A stretch of DNA of 64,000 bases from Octopus vulgaris (Eukaryota), in the NCBI GenBank assembly GCA_951406725.2, contig OX597840.1:5332001-5396000 (forward strand), in the 5' to 3' direction. The notes beneath the pieces are model-generated. The model had not been told where the DNA came from, searched no databases, and saw only the letters and a program-made list of their open reading frames with translations. A program made the translations under genes and the position numbers. Shown here in pieces: positions 55,828 through 64,000 of the stretch; the stretch's first letter is position 1; the number at the start of each line of letters is the position of its first letter.

Positions 55828-56027
55828 TTTCTTTACTGCCCACAAGGGGCTAAACATAGAGGGGACAAACAAGGACAGACAAAGGATTAAGTCGATTATA
55901 TCGACCCCAGTGCATAACTGGTACTTAATTTATCGACCCTGAAAGGATGAAAGGCAAAGTCGACCTCGGCGGAATTTGAACTCAGAACGTAACAACAGAC
56001 GACATACCGCTAAGCATTTCGCCCGGT
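55828..56027 (-). mobile_element. SINE family C; other copies near 13853-14065(+), 21210-21415(-), 25425-25640(-), 26045-26270(-), 27570-27770(+), 38710-38900(+), 51120-51520(-)
   Basis: gagttcaaattccgccgaggtcgactttgcctttcatcctttc core repeated across the window. Confidence 0.85.
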
Positions 56028-56359
56028 GGTATGTCGTCTGTCATGAGAGGTGTTGCTATCCAGAAGATCCAAGGTTACAGGTGACACTATATAAGTGCTA
56101 AGGAAGGACCTTAAACTCTCGGTTTGATAATAATATGAGTGAGGAGTCTAATGACCATGTATATGTTCAATAAAATGGGACATCAAAGCCGAAGCTTTGG
56201 TGTCCCATTTTATTTAATATGTGCATATATATATATATATATATATACATATATATGAAGGTGCAAGGCTCAGTGGTTTAAGCGTTGTGCTTATTATTGT
56301 AAGGTTGTGAGTTCAATTCCCAGATTGGAGAATTGCACAAGATGTTATTTAAATCCTAT

Positions 56360-56450
56360 ATATCGCTGACATACGTTTTGATAGATGCATAAAACTTAAT
56401 CTGGGAGGAAAAATAATGTGGAATAAAGTATCAATCTTATCAAGGAGGCG
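56360..56450 (-). ncRNA. Hammerhead remnant (U3:A8, G12A) in left arm of fold-back
   Basis: Minus strand TTGATAA-GATTGATAC...GCATCTATC-AAAAC-GTAT-GTC; inverted homologue of 56563-56655. Confidence 0.45.
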
Positions 56451-56562
56451 ATTATAAATAAAAGTGTTTATTAATAAGTTATCATTACTGATGTAAGAAA
56501 TTATATTACTATAAATTCTTACATCTGTAAAGATGGCTTATTAATGAACACTATTATTTATA

Positions 56563-56655
56563 ATATCCTCCCTAATGAGATTGATACATCATTCGACATT
56601 ATTTTTCCTCCCGGATTAATTTTAATGTATTTATCGAAACATATGTCGGTGATAT
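56563..56655 (+). ncRNA. Hammerhead remnant (G5A) in right arm of fold-back
   Basis: ATATCctCC-CTAATGA-GATtGATACAT...ATGTATTtATC-GAAAC-ATAT-GTC-GGtGATAT. Confidence 0.6.
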
Positions 56656-56895
56656 AAATGATTTAGATAACATCTTGTGCATTTGTCTCCGTTTTCCATT
56701 TCTCTTATATTCTCCAAAACACGTCTCACTTCTTGGAATTATTATGCACATGATATTTATATATGTGTGTGTGTGTGTGTGTGTACTCACACAAAAGCAC
56801 ACGTATATATGTAAATTAGTTAATTGAGATTCAGGTGAAAACTTTAGTGAATGCTATGCAAAGAATGACACTTGTTAATTCCATTTTCTTTCATT

Positions 56896-56927
<32 letters not shown>

Positions 56928-56979
56928 ATATATATATATATATGTATAAATACACACATCAGACAATATATGAACATCA

Positions 56980-58500
56980 TATGGACATTTTTATATACCT
57001 GTACATGTGGTTCCATGATAGATCGTTAGGCCACACAAGATTTTCCATCCGATCGTGGTCCCTTTCTGCCAGAAGACATCTGGAAACAAAACTGTGTCGG
57101 TGGCACATACTTATACATCTGTTTGTTTTGTACCGTCTTCGTCTTTTGTTTTTTTCATAAACTCTCCCTATATATATATATATATATATATGGCACCTGT
57201 GTCGTGTGTGTGTGTGTGTATGTATGTATATTTATATGTACACCATGGATGTAGCTGTGTACAACAATAGTTGGAGCTGTGTTTGTGTGTGCATACCTTC
57301 CTTCTTGTGACACTTGTGAAGACCTGTTGAGGCAAGTGAAAATCAAATCAAATCAAATCAAAATAGATGAACATAAATGGAATTTGTATCTTTGTGGTAC
57401 CAGTGCCGGTGGCACACAAGAAAATCATCCGAACGTGGCCGTAGCCAGTACCGCATAGACTGGCCTCCGTGCTTTGGGTATATTTGAACAGTTTCTTTAC
57501 ATGTATATCTTCATCGTATATCTATAAGAATTCCTGTACCTATATACTCATATGTAAATATACCTGTACACAGGTATGACACATAAACATACACACACTC
57601 TTCTCCTTATTAGATTATTTTTATTCTATATTATACTCTTTACTTGCTTCAGTCATTTGATTGTGGCCATGCTGGTGCACATAAAACAAATCGACCCCAG
57701 GACTTATTCTTTGTAAGCCTAGTTCTTATTCTATTGGTCTCTTTTGCCAAACCGCTAAGTTACGGTGGCATGTAAAACACCATCCAGCATTGGTTGTCAA
57801 GCAATGCTGGGGTGTCGGTGGCACATAACAGACACACAAACACACACATATATATGGTTGGCGTATACAACGGGCATCTTTCAGTTTCTGTCTAACAAAT
57901 CCACTCACAAGGCTTTGGTTGGCCCGAGGCTACATTAGAAGATACTTGCTCAAGGTGCCACACAGTGGGATTGAACCCGGAACCATGTGTTTGGTAAGCA
58001 ACGCTACTTACCACACAGCCACTCACATGATGATGATGACGATTCTTTCAGTTTCCATCTACCAAATCCACTCACAGGGCTTTGGTGATGCAAGGCTATA
58101 GCACAAGACACTTGCCCAAGGAGCCATGCAGTGGGACTGAACCTGGAACCATGTTGTTGGTAAGCAATGCTACTTACACACAGAACGCCTGTGCCTATGT
58201 GTAATTCCATTTTCTTACACTTATGTATACCTTTCTACTCATATTTTTATATATGTATATTACACACACAGACATATATATAAGTATATACATTTTTATA
58301 TACCTGTACATGTTCGCCATGATAGATCGTTAGCCACTACACACATTTTTCTCTCCTTGTTTCTTTCTGTGTCCCTTTCTGTAGAAGAGCGTAGGCTCGA
58401 AACGTAAAAGACTTTTTCTATTCCTGAGCATTATACTTATACATCTGTTTGTTTTGTACACCACCTGTCTTCGTCTTTTGTTTTTTTCATAAACTCTCCC

Positions 58501-58563
<63 letters not shown>

Positions 58564-59590
58564 ATTTATATGTACATATGGATGTAGCTGTGTACAACAA
58601 TAGTTGGAGCTGTGTTTGTGTGTGCATATATATGTAAGTATGGATCTTATATGTACCTTGGAGTGTAAATTTTATATGTAGGTACTTTTATATGTAGGTA
58701 CAAACATGCATATTAATATGAACATGTGTATCTGCATATATATATATCTATATTAGCATACATATACATGTAATTTATTATGTGTGTGTGTAGTTATATG
58801 TATATGTGTGTGCCCCTTTTTTGCACCTGTATGGGTATATTTGAACAGTTTCTTTACATGTATATCTTCATCGTATATCTATAAGAATTCCTGTACCTAT
58901 ATACTCATATGTAAATATACCTGTACACAGGTATGACAAAACATACACACACTCTTCTCCTTATTAGATTATTTTTATTCTATATTATACTCTTTTACTT
59001 GCTTCAGTCATTTGATTGTGGCCATGCTGGAGTACCGCCTTTAGTCGAGCAAATCGACCCCAGGACTTATTCTTTGTAAGCCTAGTTCTTATTCTATTGG
59101 TCTCTTTTGCCAAACTGCTAAGTTACGGGGACGTAAACACACCAGCATTGGTTGTCAAGCAATGCTGGGGAGACAAACACAGACACACAAACACACACAT
59201 ATATATACATATATACAACGGGCTTCTTTCAGTTTCTGTCTAACAAATCCACTCACAAGGCTTTGGTTGGCCCGAGGCTACATTAGAAGATACTTGCTCA
59301 AGGTGCCACACAGTGGGATTGAACCCGGAACCATGTGTTTGGTAAGCAAGCTACTTACCACACAGCCACTCACATATATACGACGGGCTTCTTTCAGTTT
59401 CCATCTACCAAATCCACTCACAGGGCTTTGGTCGATGCAAGGCTATAGCAGAAGACACTTGCCCAAGGAGCCATGCAGTGGGACTGAACCTGGAACCATG
59501 TTGTTGGTAAGCAAGCTACTTACCACACAGCCACGCCTGTGCCTATGTGTAAATTTTCATACACTTATGTATACCTTTCTACTCATATTT
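56980..59590. repeat. Tandem duplication, ~1.3-kb unit
   Basis: About 56980-58250 and 58290-59590 share unique sequence (57481 matches 58838) and the same SINE arrangement. Confidence 0.85.
58375..58410 (+). ncRNA. Minimal hammerhead-like motif, CUGUAGA core variant
   Basis: CTTT-CTGTAGA-a-GAGC gtag GCTC-GAAAC-GTA-AAAG; flanks align with 26418-26608. Confidence 0.65.
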
Positions 59591-60617
59591 TTTTTTCATA
59601 TTCATACTGGCATGGCACACCTACAACTCAAATACCATTACAACCATACTGCCATTCTAAATCCTTCTCACATAATACTAAACTGGATTATTACCTCTGA
59701 AATGATCTTTTTATATATACTAAAATGTACCTTCTGTATTACCAACACATCCCTAGCCAGACTTTTATTTTTTACTCTCTTTCTCCACTCATTTATCTCC
59801 CCTTCATGTATTTTGCCCTATTGAACTACATTTTCAAATTCATTTTCTCATATTTATAAACACAACAGGAGTGGCTGTGTGGTAAGTAGCTTGCTAACCA
59901 ACCACATGGTTCCGGGTTCAGTCCCACTGCGTGGCATCTTGGGCAAGTGTCTTCTGCTATAGCCCCAGGCTGACCAATGCCTTGCGAGTGGATTTGGTAG
60001 ACGGAAACTGAAAGAAGCCTGTCGTATATATGTATATATATATGTATGTGTGTGTATGTGTTTGTGTGTCTGTGTTTGTCCCCCTAGCATTGCTTGACAA
60101 CCGATGCTGGTGTGTTTACGTCCCTGTCACTTAGTGGTTTGGCAAAAGAGACCGATAGAATAAGTACTAGGCTTACAAAGAATAAGTCCCGGGGTCGATA
60201 TGCTCGACTAAAGGCGGTGCTCCAGCATGGCCACAGTCAAATGACTGAAACAAGTAAAAGAGTATAAAAGAGTAAAGAGTATACATGCTGTAAATCCTGA
60301 GTATAATCTGCATTTTTTTCACAAAATTTAACGGTCAAAATCCCTAGTGAGTACTATATACGAGGTTAAAAATTTAAAATATTTTCTAAGCAATGTCCGC
60401 GTCTCTATTTGCTGTCCAGCAATGTTTATTCAGACGCATTTTGTGATGTTGGGCGTGAAAATACCTTAAGCTAAGCCTGAAAGCAATGAAGTCACAAAAG
60501 AATCATCCATAACTTGCAGTAAGCAACATTTATTAAACGTTATTACTGTTATTTCTTTATTTTCTGCAAACAAAATGCACAAAAAAGCTACACGTTTGCA
60601 TTATGTTATATATACAA

Positions 60618-60847
60618 TCTATATATATAAAGCTGAAGTTGTCTGTGTATGGCAGGTTTGGTATCCTTCAACTAACACTATCTCCTCCGAGACCCTGCTG
60701 CGCAAGTTGACCAAAATTGAGAGTATGATAGAAGAAGGCTTGCTCTTCCTTCCATAGAAAAAAATATTCAAATCAGACCATGTTAACACCAAAAATTATT
60801 TACATCAAAAAGGTGCTTTTTTTCTATGAAAATCCCTATTTTTTTAC
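60618..60847 (+). mobile_element. Helitron 5' fragment
   Basis: a|TCtatatatataaagctgaagttgtctgtgt resembles the 18611 5' end; truncated by a SINE piece. Confidence 0.55.
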
Positions 60848-61011
60848 GGGCTTTGGTTGGCCCTAAGCTATAGTAAAAGACACTTGCCCAAGGTGCCACG
60901 CAGTGGAACTGAACCCAGAACCATGTGGTTAGTAAGCAAGCTACTTACCACATGGCCACTCCTGCACCTGTATGTTGGTATTTAATTTCTTTTGATTCAG
61001 TCATGAATTTA

Positions 61012-61046
<35 letters not shown>

Positions 61047-61324
61047 CTCTGTACGAAACGATTGTCTGCAAGAATTAATCTTCTTATAAATTTTAATGAC
61101 TTGTTTCCTCCATTCTTAACAAAATTGAGGGGATTTATGGAACATCATTCCATAAATTCATCATACATTATATACAAGTACTAACTTCATATCTTCACAA
61201 ATTTACGCCTGCAAATTCCCAGTAAAGTATGAAGAATGAAAATTAGAAATCTTTTTTGGAAACTTCCAATCAAAGAAAGAACCCACATTCAGCCTTTATA
61301 CATCTATATTACTATATTACATAT

Positions 61325-62088
61325 GTCATCATCATCATCACCATCATCATCATAATCATCATCATCATCATTTAATCTCCGTTTTCCATGCTAGCATGGG
61401 TTGGATGGTTCGACTGGGGTCTGAGAAGCCAGGAGGCTGCACCAGGGTCCAGCCTGATCTGGCAGTGTTTCTACAGCTGGATGCCCTTCCTAACGCCAAC
61501 CACTCCATGAGTGTAGTGACTGTTTTTTATGTGCCACCGGCACAGGGGCAAGAGGAGGCTGGCAATGGTGCTTTTTATGTGCCACCAGCATGGAAGCCTG
61601 TCAAGGCAGTGCTGGCATCGGCCACGTTTGGATGGTGCTTTTTAAGTGCCACCGGCACAGGGGCCAGAGGAGGCTAGCAATGGCCATGATCGGTTGGTGC
61701 TTTTTATGTGTCACCAGCATGGAAGCCTGTCAAGGCAGCGCTGGCATCAGCCACGTTTGGATGGTGCTTTTTACGTGCCACTGGCACGGGTACCACAACT
61801 ACAATTTCCATTTGATTTTTTGATGTTGATGTACTTGACTCAATAGGTCTCCTCAAGCACAGCAGGTCGCCCTATGATCCAAGGTAAGCATAGCAGGTCT
61901 TTTGAATGGGCTGGGGCTGGTTATGCGAAACTAGTGTAGGATACACGGTCTTCGCAGTTACAGCATATCTCCAGAGGTCTCTGTCTTTCGTCATTGCTTC
62001 TGCGAGGCCCAACATTCGAAGGTCATGCTTCACCACCTCATCATATGCCTTCCTGGGTCTACCTCTACCCCGGATTCCTTCAACATGT
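61325..62088 (-). mobile_element. RTE-clade LINE 3' end (ORF C-terminus, repetitive 3' UTR, (GAT)n tail)
   Basis: VEGIRGRGRPRKAYDEVVKHDLRMLGLAEAMTKDRDLWR followed by gtgccaccggcac repeats and a (CAT)n tract. Confidence 0.85.
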
Positions 62089-64000
62089 ATACACTTACTG
62101 ACACACACATATATATATAGTCGTATATATGCATGTATATATTTATACACTCATGTATTTCTGTTTGTATATAAACGTATTCTGTGTATATGTGTATATT
62201 TACATTTATGCATATACATGTATATATACATAAATATATATATAGTGTGTGTGTTTGTGTATAGGTATAGCCACATATGCGGGAGTGGCTATGTGGTAAA
62301 TAGCTTGTTTACCAACCACATGATTCTGGGTTCAGTCCCACTGCGTGGCACCTTGGGCAAGTGTTTTCTACTATAGCCCTGGGCCGACCAAAACCTTGTA
62401 ATGGATTTGGTAGGTGGAAACTGAAAGAAGCTTGTTGTATATATGTATATATATATATGTGTGCGCGTGTTTGTGTGTCTGTGTTTGTCCCCCTAGCATT
62501 GCTTGACAACCAATGCTGGTGTGTTTATGTCCCCGTTACTTAGCGGTTCGGCAAAAGAGACCGATAGAACAAGTACTGGGCTTACAAAAAACAAGAATAA
62601 GTCCCGGGGTCGAGTTGCTCGATTAAAGGCGGTGCTCCAGCATGGCCGCAGTCAAATGACTGAAACAAGTAAAAGAGAGTAAAGAGTATATGTGTGTGTA
62701 TATATATATATGTATGTCTATATGTATATATATGTGTGTGTGTGTGTAAACATATGTATATATATTAATAAATGAGCATGAAATACCGTGGCATGTTATG
62801 ACCTAGCGTCTTTAATGGAGCAGCATAGAACAATTATAGCAATAGCAGTAGTAGTAGTAGTGGTGGTAGTAGTAGTAGTGGTGGTAGTAGTAGTAGTGGT
62901 GGTGGTGGTGGCGGTGGTAGTAGTAGTAGTAGTAGTGGTGGTGGTGGTAGTGGTAGTAGTAGCAGCAGCAGTAGATGGAACATGGATCACTGTCAAGGTG
63001 ATGGTGATGATAGTGATGGCTGTGGTAGTAGTGGTATTCTTTCATTGTTACTGTGGTGATGGTGGTGATGGTCGAGTGGTGGTGTTTCCATTGCCACTGC
63101 TGTCATCACCGTCATCATCGTCATCATCATCACCACCATCATCGTCACTACCGCCACCACCACCATCAACATCAGCATCATCATCAACATCATCACCATC
63201 ATCGTCACTATCACCGCCGCCACCACTACCACTTCCACCACCACCAATACCACCACCATCACCACCACCACCATCATCATCATCATCACCATCATCGTCA
63301 CTACCACTTCCACCACCACCAATACCACCACCATCACCACCACCACCATCATCATCATCATCACCATCATCGTCACTATCGCCACTATCATCGCCGCCAC
63401 CACTACCACCACCACCACCACCACCACCATCATCACCACTATCGACACCACTACCACCACCATCATCAATATCATCATCACCATCATCGTCATTATCACC
63501 ACCGCCACCACCGCCACCACCACCACCACCACCACCACCATCATCTTCACTATTGCCACCGCCACCACCACCACCACCAGCATCATCAATATCATCATCA
63601 CCATCATTGTTAATATCACCGCCGCCGCCAACACCACCACCACCATCATCACCACCACTATCATCATCATTCATCATCGTCGTATTCATTGTCATCGTTG
63701 TTATTGTCATTGTCGTTGTAATTGTCATCGCAACAAGATGGTGGCTGAATACTGTTGTCATTGGCAACAGCTTCATTTCACAATCTCGGTCCATTCCATC
63801 TTGCTCCTTGCCAGTTTCCTTGACAACACTCATTCTTCAGGAGGCTGGCATTCTCAATTGCCACCACACTCCCTTCCCCATTTGTCATTTTCTATCTATC
63901 TGCCTGTCTGTCTGTCTGTCTGTCTGTCTACCTGTCCAACCATTTATCTATCTATCTGTCTATATCTATATATATATGTACATAACTGTCTATTTATTTG

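Larger units (their letters stand above)
56327..56690. repeat. Long imperfect inverted repeat (fold-back)
   Basis: ~180-bp arms pair along their whole length around a loop near 56507-56510. Confidence 0.9.

Overview
AT-rich, microsatellite-saturated animal DNA. The repeat families resemble those I associate with Octopus, but that is an inference and was not checked. Nearly all ORFs in the supplied track are translations of simple repeats or SINEs. I can support only one host exon: 80 bp on the + strand at 16219-16298, whose peptide resembles the SEA-like ectodomain of IA-2/PTPRN, so the window is probably mostly intron of that gene. The rest is four tRNA-head SINE families, RTE and R4/Dong-type LINE fragments, decayed Tc1/mariner transposases and non-autonomous Helitrons. 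The main unexplained signal is about 15 type I hammerhead ribozyme (HHR) motifs from several unrelated short non-coding elements. Most abut (TA)n tracts, two have terminal redundancy suggesting a circular or tandem RNA template, several have long stem II arms or variant cores, and one 364-bp fold-back carries an HHR remnant in each polarity behind a tRNA-like Pol III head. All folds and alignments were done by eye, and repeat boundaries are approximate.
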